A stretch of DNA of 64,000 nucleotides from an uncultured Nitrososphaeraceae archaeon (GTDB lineage: Archaea > Thermoproteota > Nitrososphaeria > Nitrososphaerales > Nitrososphaeraceae), in NCBI GenBank assembly GCA_963779615.1, contig CAVZZA010000005.1, forward strand, positions 160,001 to 224,000, written 5' to 3'. The notes beneath the pieces are model-generated. The model saw nothing but the letters and a program-made list of their open reading frames with translations, was not told where the DNA came from and searched no databases. The stretch's first letter is position 1. Each line of letters begins with the position of its first letter. Below, one piece after another: positions 54,443 to 64,000 of this stretch. A program made the translations under genes and the position numbers.

Positions 54443-55012
54443 TCATTTGCTTCGCATGCTGGCCCGTGCAGCAAGTTTTGCTATTCTAATTAGCTCTGGA
54501 ATGGAGCCTTGGAGTGTAAAGCAATCAATGATCTTGGATGCTTCTTTTGATCTTATTCCCCAGCATCGTACGAACAGAACCTTGCCCGTCTTTAACAGAA
54601 TTTTGTCTCGCTGCCCCAGTTTACGGTATTGCTCTAACTTAAGAGTGGAGTCATTGGAAAAGTGGTGTTGTATGGCGCCTTCCAGTCCCTCCGAGTCCTT
54701 GAATGTTACCGCTATAACTGGAACACTGGTGTTTTCTCCAAGTTCTCCACCGTCTATTATGTTGTACATGCTGATTACAAGGCCCTCAAGCATTATGCAG
54801 TTAATGTCGTCCCTCTTCAATGACCTATACATGGACAGGATGTTTTGTGTAGAGTCATTTCCCTCAATCGTGACATTCCCAAAAACCATGCCGTCAATTA
54901 CCAGGTCACGGCGCATCACTACTCCCGCAAGCGTGGAACAAGCACTAGTTTTTCTGAAGCTTTCAGCTATTCCCAATGCACGGATGCCTCTTTTCTCAAT
55001 ATGAAACCCCAT
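54443..55012 (-). CDS. DUF99-family protein (endonuclease V-like)
   Basis: IRALGIAESF, LAGVVMRRDLVIDG, YNIID and GSIPELIRIAKL. Confidence 0.85.
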   Translation of the reverse strand: MGFHIEKRGIRALGIAESFRKTSACSTLAGVVMRRDLVIDGMVFGNVTIEGNDSTQNILSMYRSLKRDDINCIMLEGLVISMYNIIDGGELGENTSVPVIAVTFKDSEGLEGAIQHHFSNDSTLKLEQYRKLGQRDKILLKTGKVLFVRCWGIRSKEASKIIDCFTLQGSIPELIRIAKLAARASMRSK

Positions 55013-55333
55013 TCTAGCGCTTCCTCTTTTTTGGAAACGAAGCACCATGCCTGCAGCTGATATTCACATGTCCAATACCAAACTCTTCTTAAAAATGATT
55101 AACTCCCAACTTTTCAGGTTTGAAGTGAGGTAGCCCAGCGCCCCCCAGTGAAGAACAACCATTCAATAGCGCTGGCATTCAGGTAGTGTGTTCCAATCGG
55201 ATTAACCAAATAAACAGCCCGAATCGTTAAAAGAAGCAGCAGGCGCTGGATACAGCATTACAGAAAAGTAAAAAAGCCTTATGTCCATCATCATTTTAAA
55301 TAATATGATTGGTATATTATTTGATCATATAAG

Positions 55334-56356
55334 ATGACCACTATTCTTGCTTCAATGCAAAACTCACTTTTGGTGTTGGACTCGACAAAAGACGGCTGGA
55401 AGGTTCATGAGCATTTGAAGCAGCACAATCCCACTAGCCTTGCATATGATCCCCAAAAACCTGAGAGGGCCTACTGCGGGACTTTTAATGCCGGACTTTG
55501 GAAAACCGACGACAAAGGCCAAACATGGGAAAGGACCTCGCTAAACGTTTCTGGCTCGAGCATCACGTCTGTTTCTGTTAGCCCTGATGAAAGAGGAAAA
55601 GAGGGATTTAACAGGCTGTTTGTTGGCATGGAGCCTAGCGTGATTTTTTCGTCAAGCAAGGGAGGCCAAACGTGGGAAAAAATTGATGAGTTTAACAAGT
55701 TGCCCTCATCTTCCACATGGTCATTTCCGCCCAGGCCATGTACACATCATGTCCGCTGGATAGAGCATGATGTAAACAAAAAAGGGTACGTTTTTGTCGC
55801 AATAGAGGCTGGAGCATTAATCAGGAGTTTTGATGGATGCCAAACGTGGATTGACAGGGTGGAACATGGCCCCTATGACACTCATGTGCTGAGAACGCAC
55901 AAAAAGCACCCCGAAAGGCTATACTCGGCTGCAGGTGACGGTTATTTTGAAAGTCTAGACTATGGAGATACCTGGAAAAATTCTGATGAAGGACTGGGCC
56001 ATCATACCTATTTGGCTGGCATAGCGATTAATTCGGATGATCCTCAAAACATGGTTGTATCAGCCTCAAGTAACGCTTGGAAAGCGCATTCTAGAGAGGA
56101 CCCAGAGTCATTTGTATACATACATTCGCCTGGTGACAAAAAATGGGAGTTGGTTACTGACGGCATGCCCAACCCAAAGGGAACCATCATCTCGATACTT
56201 GAATCCAATCCTGATGTTAGAGATGAGTTTTATTGCTTGAATAATAGAGGGATTTATTGTTCCAAAGATTCAGGGGTTTCATGGGACATGTTGGATATGC
56301 CTTGGCCAAAAGAACATAAATTGCAGCATCCATGGGCATTGGCAATAAGGGAATAA
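55334..56356 (+). CDS. BNR/Asp-box beta-propeller protein (glycosyl hydrolase-like)
   Basis: Repeated SxDxGxTW boxes (KTDDKGQTW, RSFDGCQTW, ESLDYGDTW, SKDSGVSW) and WSFPPRPxTHHVRWI. Confidence 0.85.
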   Translation: MTTILASMQNSLLVLDSTKDGWKVHEHLKQHNPTSLAYDPQKPERAYCGTFNAGLWKTDDKGQTWERTSLNVSGSSITSVSVSPDERGKEGFNRLFVGMEPSVIFSSSKGGQTWEKIDEFNKLPSSSTWSFPPRPCTHHVRWIEHDVNKKGYVFVAIEAGALIRSFDGCQTWIDRVEHGPYDTHVLRTHKKHPERLYSAAGDGYFESLDYGDTWKNSDEGLGHHTYLAGIAINSDDPQNMVVSASSNAWKAHSREDPESFVYIHSPGDKKWELVTDGMPNPKGTIISILESNPDVRDEFYCLNNRGIYCSKDSGVSWDMLDMPWPKEHKLQHPWALAIRE

Positions 56357-56566
56357 AATCACAAAAGACATTTTGAATTGAACCGCCTTAAAAGTTAAGG
56401 ATCTCCATGTCATTTTGCATCAGGATTGATTTTGTGTTCCCTTGTCAGAACGGATTTGACAAAACAATTTTATAAAACATTTATTGTTACTATTTTAATT
56501 ATCTTTCAATTACGATGATTTTAAAACCTGCATTCGGTAAAACCCCGCCTTTATTACATTCCTAAT

Positions 56567-56772
56567 GGCTTCCAAGAGTATACCGAAAATGTCTCCCCTG
56601 TGTCCGGTGTCTCCCGAACTCGAATCCGTGGTTAAATCTTTGTTATTGTCCGGAGATAACTTTACAAAACCGGAGATATATTGCATTAGAATTAGATTCT
56701 ATCCAGATTTTGGATACAATTTGCGCTTAGCCTGAGTCATTAGATACACTGGAGAAATATTCTTCATGTTTA
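56567..56772. repeat. GGAGAYA-motif palindromic dispersed element, copy 3 (more diverged)
   Basis: AAAATGTCTCCCCTGTGTCCGGTGTCTCC, CCGGAGATAACTTTACAAAACCGGAGATA and a degenerate right arm. Confidence 0.8.
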
Positions 56773-57095
56773 TTAAAAACAGTTTTGTTGACTTTGAATT
56801 GGATTAAGTCAATGACTTTACCTATTGGCTCTGGAATTTGTAATTGATTCTGCGGACAATAACCTAACAAAATGAGAACCCTGATTTATAGTCAAACTTG
56901 TTGCAGGGCGGGCGGATTAGTTACTATATCGGTGCTAAAAGCAGGTTCCTGCCAATGGTAGAATACGTCCAAGCCTTGATGGTTTTCCTTGGCGTTAAAT
57001 GTTAGACTGGCTTCTGTGGGAATTTGGTTTCTTGCTGGTGGTTGATATATGATGGCCATAACCATCCTGTTCCTTACTGGTGCTTTGCATTCAGG

Positions 57096-57767
57096 TCACA
57101 CGCTCACACCGGTAAACAAAAACAACAACAGTATTGTTATTCCTGCACCGCCAACAGCAAATCCAGGATATGAAACCAGCTTGTTCTTTGTGACTTCTGA
57201 CGTGCCGGCTAACCCTGCACCTACAATTAGCAGGATGGTCACAAGCTCATACGTCAATATGATCTTTGAGGTCTCAGAAATGTTGTCTAAAGTCTTATCG
57301 TATTCGCTCTCTTCTAGTTCTGCCTTGTATCGTAAGTTTGCCAATGAGCCTTCAACCGATTTGTCAGTATGCAAGGCATCAATATGCGATCGGTATTTAT
57401 GCAGATAGTCATTGGCTTGCTTTTGAGTAGCGGCATATGATGGACCGCCATCATTATTTTGCAAAGTAATGTTCACACTGTCAATTTGGGACTGCAGTAT
57501 TTTTTCCTCCAACCTTTGCTCTTCATAGTCATTTAACCAATCATTGGATTTAACCAGGTGCACAACGGCATGGGTATGCATGTCATCTCTTTTTAGGCCA
57601 TATTCAGATGCAGCAATAGTTGAATAAACAGCCAGAACCGACATGGCTATAACAAACAATGAAACAACCAAGAAAAACCTCGTGGGGCGATGAGGCTGCT
57701 GCTGGTTATTGTTGTATGGTGGCTTTGACATGTCCCTAATGTTTACTCCTAGTTCCCCTATGGGCAA
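57096..57767 (-). CDS. Membrane protein, DUF4337-like
   Basis: TM, long soluble coil (SNDWLNDY…), then two C-terminal TMs (YELVTILLIVGAGLAGTSEVTKNK). Confidence 0.6.
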   Translation of the reverse strand: MPIGELGVNIRDMSKPPYNNNQQQPHRPTRFFLVVSLFVIAMSVLAVYSTIAASEYGLKRDDMHTHAVVHLVKSNDWLNDYEEQRLEEKILQSQIDSVNITLQNNDGGPSYAATQKQANDYLHKYRSHIDALHTDKSVEGSLANLRYKAELEESEYDKTLDNISETSKIILTYELVTILLIVGAGLAGTSEVTKNKLVSYPGFAVGGAGITILLLFLFTGVSV

Positions 57768-58165
57768 GCTTGCGATGCATTCTTTTCAAATTTATGTTGT
57801 AAATGTATATTATATTTATCCAGCAGAAATTATTTACATAGAGATTTGTCATTATGGAAGTTCGCAGAGAATATGTGCTGCCCCAAACTCATTACTCGGG
57901 AAGCCATTGATTTTGAAAAACGATGAGTTTTTCTGTCAGGGTTGTATGGATGTCAGGGTTTTCTGTACTGTTGTTTCTGTATCTCAAAAAATCACTAATA
58001 TATTGCGAGTACATCAAAAAAAAAGAATACAGAAAATAACAGTACAGGCAGCTATGGCAGCTATGACATCCATGACATAAAACAAACAAAATGGTTCTTG
58101 TCGTTAACTACCACTTTTTTCTTTACACCTTATTTTCGCAGAACCCACTTAAAAGAACCGTTATA

Positions 58166-58780
58166 CTAGAGGGCGCGGAGGGCTTTGTGCCTGCGATAGA
58201 AGAACTCTATTACCCTTGCATTTCTGCCAATAAACATTCCCGATCCAAGCATAAGGAGAAAATCTGTAGCTATCAGACATATTGTCATGGTGTTGTGACC
58301 TATGAGAACCAAAGGGATGTTTCTCGTAACTATGTCACCCCTTTCGGTAAAGTTAATTTCCTGGAACCCTATAAAAACTGCATTGATTGCAATTCTGAGA
58401 ACCAGTGCCGATACGTACGATATGTATATCAATGCGCCACCCTTTACGAAAGTCTTGACTATTATTGTCTGTCCAAAACAGGAGATTCTTTTTTGAGTAC
58501 AGATAGGAAAATAATCCTGAAGCAGTGAGAATTGCACCATACGGTACGATGTAATAAGAGGGCATTCCTAGGGAGAATGAATTATGCACAAGATATGACA
58601 CGACCATTAAATAGTAAATTAAATACAGTAACAGTTTTTTTATGCTTATTTTTGTCCCTTGCATGGACCTCTTTAAGCCTGCTACAATCATTGCCAGTGT
58701 AATTGCTATTGATATGACTATGGTGAAAAGATATAACGGTTGAATATATTTTCCCCTTGGCAACACGGTATGGACTGAAT
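58166..58780 (-). pseudogene. Membrane protein (CcdC/DUF1453-like) split by a frameshift near 58460
   Basis: RSMQGTKIS…LLFWTDNNS joins FVKGGALIYISYVSALVLRI…GMFIGRNAR in another frame. Confidence 0.55.
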
Positions 58781-59349
58781 TATAAATTATTATCGTGCAT
58801 GTGTGGTCTAGCTGAGGAAATTGTTTTATGACTAAAAAAGGCCAGATTGATAACATATTGAATATTTCCTCATGTCGAGCCTTGATTCGATGTCTGTAGT
58901 TTGTTGAACGCATCGTTGTTTCTTGCTGTAAAATTAAGGAATAGTTGCACTGATAGGCTCTCTCGCTTAACGAAAATCCTATACCTTGAGGATGGCATAT
59001 CCCCATTATGGTAGGCAGAAACAGAACAGCCAGTTGGAGTTAAGGATTACCCGCAAGCCGGAGGAGCATGATGGGGAGCACATCGAGAAGACGACCCTCC
59101 AATTGAGGACACTCTAAAATGGATTCTACCTGTGGCATGGTGTTCAGTTATTAGAGTCAGGACATCAGGTCTGCCATAAACTACGTAAACAACATAAAGG
59201 CCCTAAAGCAGCGAAGGAGCAAACTGAAGGGGGAATTTAAGTCACTAAAAGAGGAGAGGGACTGTCTGCTGGACAACCTGGGTGACACCCAAAAGGCATG
59301 TTATTGAACATCCGCTCAATACCCTTCTTAAAGAAGGTTTGACTTGTCT

Positions 59350-59590
59350 CTATTTTATAAACTCTATAACTGCTTGTCTTGGGTCAATGTTGTTTTCATT
59401 CAGGACTTCCAGCAGTTTTAGTGGGTCCCTGTTGCTGTGGACCTGCTGGTTCTTTACCGCAACAAACTCGTTTTTGTGTTTTAGGCAAAGCTCATCGTGT
59501 TTGTCATTATAGTACTGAAAATCTCTGTCATACTCTTTTGGGGGTTACCATTTCCTCATCTTTGGCGGCTTTTTTCTTAGCCACACCCAT
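59350..59590 (-). pseudogene. DUF5678-like small protein, frameshifted in a G5 tract at about 59540
   Basis: MGVAKKKAAKDEEMVTP / KEYDRDFQYYNDKHDELCLKHKNEFVAVKNQQV…AVIEFIK*. Confidence 0.5.
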
Positions 59591-59699
59591 GAAATGGTTC
59601 GTATTCAAAAATACTTTTTGATATAAAAAACTGTTGTTTGATAGCAGTATAGAATCACAAAAGATGTAAAACCAGTTGTTGTTAATCCAACTTCATAAT

Positions 59700-60013
59700 G
59701 CACCATTACGATGCTGAGGCTGCCTGGAAACCTGGCCTTGGAGGCATCTACAAGTGAATTGGTGACCCATGGCATGCAGGAGTTTGACTATGAAAGGACA
59801 AGGGCTGACTTGGGGATTCCAGACAGCTTTGACGTTGTGGCCATGATTGCGATTGGGAAAAGGGGGCCAAAGGAAAACCTGCCAATGAACATGCAGGAAA
59901 AGGAGAGGCCAAACGGCAGAAAGCCATTGAGAAAAACAGTCATGGAAGGCCGATTTACAGAAAAACAGAATTGCATATGTTGCGAACCAATAGTTTTTCC
60001 ATCCCTTTATTAA
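59700..60013 (+). pseudogene. Nitroreductase C-terminal fragment
   Basis: HYDAEAAW / NLALEAS…THGMQEFDYE…VVAMIAIGKRG…ERPNGRKPL; the N-terminal half is absent. Confidence 0.8.
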
Positions 60014-60077
60014 ACTGCTTTTGGGATAAGTCTATTGATAAGTAAGGAATTCCCAAACCGTAGGCGATAGTCAACGA

Positions 60078-60240
60078 CACCTGTTCAACATTACTTCCGA
60101 TATTGGAGAAAATAATGATCTAGCCAGCCAACATCCCGAAATGCTTAAAAAGATGATATCAGGAGTATGGCAAGTTTGCAAAGGGTGTTGGGTTGGTAGT
60201 GCCAACTGCAACTATTGAATCCTTCCAAACCGCAGTCATG
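60078..60240 (+). pseudogene. Arylsulfatase C-terminal remnant
   Basis: LFNITSDIGENNDLASQHPEMLKKMIS / YGKFAKGVGLVVP matches the sulfatase tail LxxLxxDxxExxDLAxxxPE. Confidence 0.6.
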
Positions 60241-60426
60241 TCTTAGGACACAAAATCTAGAATCTTTTGTACGGTTTGTTTGCCCGAACCTCTCCAATCA
60301 ATAACTTGTGGGACTATGTGACTTCCTTGGCATAGTCAATTGACCATGGAACTGTCTGAAGATTAATCAAATGTTTTGGTATCGTTGCTTTTATTCAGCC
60401 ACTTTTTTCTTAATCCCATTATACTC

Positions 60427-60788
60427 TTAACGAGTAAAGCCCGCGAAAAAATGATAATGCTGTGAACCAGACTTTGTCAACGCTCCCTGCAATTCCTCGC
60501 TTGGATCGCCTAAAACTTCAAACCGGTTTATCTTTGAAATGCTGAAAATCTTTGGAAGTTTGTTTGTGCTGGAACTCCATTTAGGTGAGCAAGAACAGCC
60601 TCTGAGTTTGCATATAACTCGCTTATTACGCAAGTTGTTTCATCATCATTGAGGTGGTATTGATAACTCTTGGTGCTTGGTTCATTAAGATCAACAGCTC
60701 TTGTGATCTCCTCTACCAACCTCTTGAACTCCTCGATCCTTCCCTCTTCAACAGTGACCTGAAGTATCAACTGTATATCCCTACTCAT
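60427..60788 (-). pseudogene. ABM/putative quinol monooxygenase, frameshifted near 60560
   Basis: EEFKRL…NEPSTKSYQY…ELYANSEAVLAHL joins LPKIFSISKINRFEVLGDPSEEL…FFAGFTR. Confidence 0.8.
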
Positions 60789-60901
60789 GCTGGTTCGATA
60801 TTAAGACGTCAATATTAAGTTACTATACTATTTAGGGGCATGCACCAAGAATGCAAATTTTGTTCCCGGATAGTCAACAAAATCTTTGACTTGGAAAAAT
60901 A

Positions 60902-61579
60902 GGCTCTGTTCACTTAGCGATAAGGCCATAGCTTAATGATGCCCTATATGTTATATGGTTTGCAGAAACAGAACGCCTTCAGAGTACGTTAGCTATGGTT
61001 TGTATCTGTATTTTTCGGGGTTGTCATTGAGAAGGGCATCCGATAGGCTGTCTTGTTTTGTCAGGCGGAACCAAGTTTCCATCTGGAACTGGATTAAGGA
61101 ATATCACCCTCATAAAACATCGGCAAAAAGAAAAAAGATTTTTGAGCATGTTGTGGATGAGGCACTAATCAAGGTTGGATCTGAATGCATCTGGCCCTGG
61201 GCTGCAATTGAGCCAAAAAACAGGCAGATTCTAGCACTAAACATATCAAGGGAGAGAAACATGCTTATTGCTGAAAGGTTTATCGAGGGTTTGGTCAAGA
61301 CTCGGAGAAAGTGTCCGGTATCAACTGATGGTGGAGGAACGTGGTATCCCCAAGCATGCAGGTTCCTGAATCTAAAGCACCATGTCCATTCCCCTTTTGA
61401 GAAAAGCCTGATTGAATGATTGAACGGACTATGCAGTACATAAAGGAAAGAACAGAAAGTTTCGATGACTACTTTCCTTGTAGGATAAAAAATTGCAAGC
61501 TAAAGCATGTGAAGAACTGGCTGCGGTTTTTTGTAGATTATCACGACATTGAGTTAAAAAAGCCTAAGTGAACAGAGCC
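60902..61579 (+). mobile_element. IS6-family element (678 bp), transposase broken by an 8-bp duplication
   Basis: IRs GGCTCTGTTCACTTAG / CTAAGTGAACAGAGCC. Transposase is homologous to 49188-49790. No flanking duplication. Confidence 0.92.
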
Positions 61580-61909
61580 GCATATTGATGTCCGCCATTT
61601 CACAAAATAGTTTAACAATCTTTAGATAATTCTGAACAGTTGAACCCACTATTTCCCTCTTATTTACCCTGTCTATTTGATACAGAATCAATTTCAAAAC
61701 ACTGTTGAAAACCCACTGGTTTCCTTCCGATTCGGGTTTTTTTTGACAAAACTTGAGCTTTTTTCCTCAACGGTTTTTCCTTCCATCCCCATAAATTCAA
61801 AGAATTCCTCCATCCTTTTTTGGTACTTTTCCCCGGTCAAAGGCGACTTTAGCGCAAACAAATACGGTTTCCAGATACCAAGTTCCCCATCATTTTTGAG
61901 TTCTAACAC
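61580..61909 (-). pseudogene. N-terminal fragment of a tyrosine recombinase/integrase-like protein, truncated by IS6
   Basis: PYLFALKSPLTGEKYQKRMEEFFEF…(frameshift)…NQWVFNSVLK…GSTVQNYLKIVKLFCEMADI resembles an integrase SAM-like core-binding domain. It stops exactly at the IS6 end. Confidence 0.65.
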
Positions 61910-62290
61910 CTTTTTCTTTACACCTTATTTTCGTAGAACCCACCTAAAAGAACTGTTATGGGTATGGACTGAGTGGGGTGCGGTTAAAAAGTGAACGGAA
62001 TCCTAATGAGGTTATTATCATTCTATGTGTTGCCATGTTAAATAAATATACAAAATGGGCACAGAAAGGCACAATCTGACAGGCAAAAGTGGCACGCCAA
62101 TACGAACATGCAATAATGACAAAGTAGAATTGTTTATTTGTCAACTGCATTAGTCGTTTAGATGACAAAGTAAAAGTACAATCCTTCCAAATCAATACAT
62201 AATTAGTTCTTAAGTTATTTCAAAATGGACAACAAAGGGTACACTAGTTTAAGATGCATAAACAACCATCTGCAGCAACTAAATCCAAAA

Positions 62291-63694
62291 ATGCAAAAAC
62301 GTGGTTCTTTGCAAAAGGGCATAAAAGAAACAAAAACTAGAGCATCAATCTTACCAATAGCATTACTGATTTTTTCCACACTACTGATTATTTCAGTTTC
62401 CCAACAGCCACAACAGCAATGGTCAGCACATGCCATAGTTTTTGGCAGTGCAAAGAATTTGAGCGATAACGATGGCATTTCGATAAACCCTCAAATAGAG
62501 GTCTCAGGCAAGAATGTCTATACCACTTGGCAGGACGACAGCCCACCGGGTGACTTTGACCTGCTCTTTAAAAGGAGTACGGACAACGGGGCGTCATTTC
62601 GCTCAAGTGTGGATTTAAGTAGAAACATAGACGGCAGCGCTTCTGCACAAAAGGTCTTCAAATCAGGAAATGACGTGTATGTAGTATGGTCTCAAAATGA
62701 AGACATCTTTTTCAGAAAAAGCACAGACAACGGGGCCCATTTTGGGTCCGCCATAAATCTCAGTAAAGACGAACACTCTTCAGACAATCCTCAAATATCT
62801 GTGAGTGGAAATGTCGTGTATGTAACCTGGGTTGACCGTTTTTTCAACGAAACAGCAGACTCTGATGAGAGCCAGGTGTTTCTTAAAAAAAGTACCAACA
62901 ATGGAAACACGTTTGGCGGTGTAAAGGTGTTGTCAAACACAAAGGATGAGAGTGTGGGTGATTTGCGCATCGCCTCCATCAAAGACAGCGTATATGTGGC
63001 ATGGACTGGGGGAGAATTTAATGAGCCCAGCAGCGATGACTGTCCCTTTGACGGCAGCTTGAATTTTGCAAAAAGCACAAATGGCGGCAGCAGCTTTGGA
63101 CTCAAGAAAATCACTGACATATGCCAGCCTTTTGGCATGAATCTAAAGGCAGTTGGAAGCAGTGTGTTTTTGGTATGGGGGGACAGACCCTCTGCAGACG
63201 AAAGCCCCGAAATATTTTTCACCAAAAGCGCAAACAGCGGTTCTAAATTTGGGGGGATAAAGAACCTGAGCAATAACGAGGGCGACTCCTCCAATCCCCA
63301 AATTGATGTCCTTGGAAGCAATGTATACGTTGCATGGGAAGACAATAGCCCTGGGAACCTTGACATATTATTCAAATCAAGTTGGGACTATGGGGCACAT
63401 TTTGGCAAAGTAAAGAAACTGAGCAATAACGAGGGCATTTCGATAAACCCAAAAATATCATCTTCCGGAACGACAGTTCGCATAGTTTGGCAAGACACCA
63501 CCCCAAGCAATAATGAAATATTCTTCAGGTCCAGTGCAGACAAAGGAAACACGTTTGGAGTTACAAAGAACCTGAGCAAAAATGAGGGAGAGTCAATCAA
63601 TCCGGAGGTTGTGTCAGGTGACGGGTTTGTCCATGTGGTTTGGCAGGACGGCACTTTTGAAAGTCAAGAAATACTGTATAAGAGGGGGACATAG
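62291..63694 (+). CDS. Secreted BNR/Asp-box (sialidase-like) repeat protein
   Basis: Signal/TM followed by about 7 repeats of NLSxNxGxSxNPQI…VYVxW…IFFxxSxDxGxxF. Confidence 0.9.
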   Translation: MQKRGSLQKGIKETKTRASILPIALLIFSTLLIISVSQQPQQQWSAHAIVFGSAKNLSDNDGISINPQIEVSGKNVYTTWQDDSPPGDFDLLFKRSTDNGASFRSSVDLSRNIDGSASAQKVFKSGNDVYVVWSQNEDIFFRKSTDNGAHFGSAINLSKDEHSSDNPQISVSGNVVYVTWVDRFFNETADSDESQVFLKKSTNNGNTFGGVKVLSNTKDESVGDLRIASIKDSVYVAWTGGEFNEPSSDDCPFDGSLNFAKSTNGGSSFGLKKITDICQPFGMNLKAVGSSVFLVWGDRPSADESPEIFFTKSANSGSKFGGIKNLSNNEGDSSNPQIDVLGSNVYVAWEDNSPGNLDILFKSSWDYGAHFGKVKKLSNNEGISINPKISSSGTTVRIVWQDTTPSNNEIFFRSSADKGNTFGVTKNLSKNEGESINPEVVSGDGFVHVVWQDGTFESQEILYKRGT

Positions 63695-63859
63695 ACTAAA
63701 AGTATTTCCAATTGTTTTCCTTTTTTCACGGCCAAAGCAATCAGCAATATTTTTTAATAGAGTTTCAAGACTACTAATGGTTTTTCCATCCACTTGAGTT
63801 TTTGTTTGATTTGGTGACAGTATAGAAAAAACAGCTACAATGCAAATCTGACATCAAAA

Positions 63860-63930
63860 TGGTGCAAAGTGAGGGATTTGAACCCGCGGACCCTCCCTGT
63901 GCCTTAACCAGGCCGGACCATCAACTTTGT
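63860..63930 (-). pseudogene. tRNA-like sequence lacking the anticodon arm
   Basis: ACAAAGT-TGA-TGGTCCGGCCTGGTTAAGGCAC-AGGGAGGGTCC-GCGGG-TTCAAAT-CCCTC-ACTTTGC-ACCA. Acceptor stem, D-arm, T-arm and CCA are present, but there is no anticodon stem-loop. Confidence 0.7.
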
Positions 63931-64000
63931 AAACATAAACATATTCTAAAAAACAAATTAAACTAAATTAAGTCAAAGTTATTCTAAACATTCCTCTTTT

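Noticed and set aside
54351-55004. 217-aa plus-strand ORF
   Set aside because: Antisense to the DUF99 gene, which has recognisable motifs.

Overview
AT-rich archaeal DNA. The gene content (TFB, aIF-1, Sec61beta, Trm1, JAMM protease, DUF2070, an intron-containing tRNA-Leu, AOA-type multicopper oxidase and BNR proteins) points to an ammonia-oxidising archaeon of the Nitrososphaeraceae, probably Nitrosocosmicus-like; this is an inference. Two mostly intact core blocks (1-16.5 kb and 34.1-41.9 kb) alternate with two accessory regions (about 16.6-34.1 kb, and 41.9 kb to the end, starting right after tRNA-Leu). The accessory regions are rich in pseudogenes, IS5 and IS6 elements, a decayed type I-like R-M gene, a HEPN-like gene, integrase and PriX-primase remnants, and tRNA fragments. 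The most unusual signal is a ~210-bp palindromic element built from GGAGAYA/TRTCTCC motifs, present three times at 52.6, 53.9 and 56.6 kb. It may be a stand-alone origin or non-autonomous module of an undescribed integrative element family. Also notable are a tRNA-like sequence lacking its anticodon arm (63860-63930) and two paralogous repeat-rich surface proteins. All family calls come from motif recognition by eye; no database searches were run.
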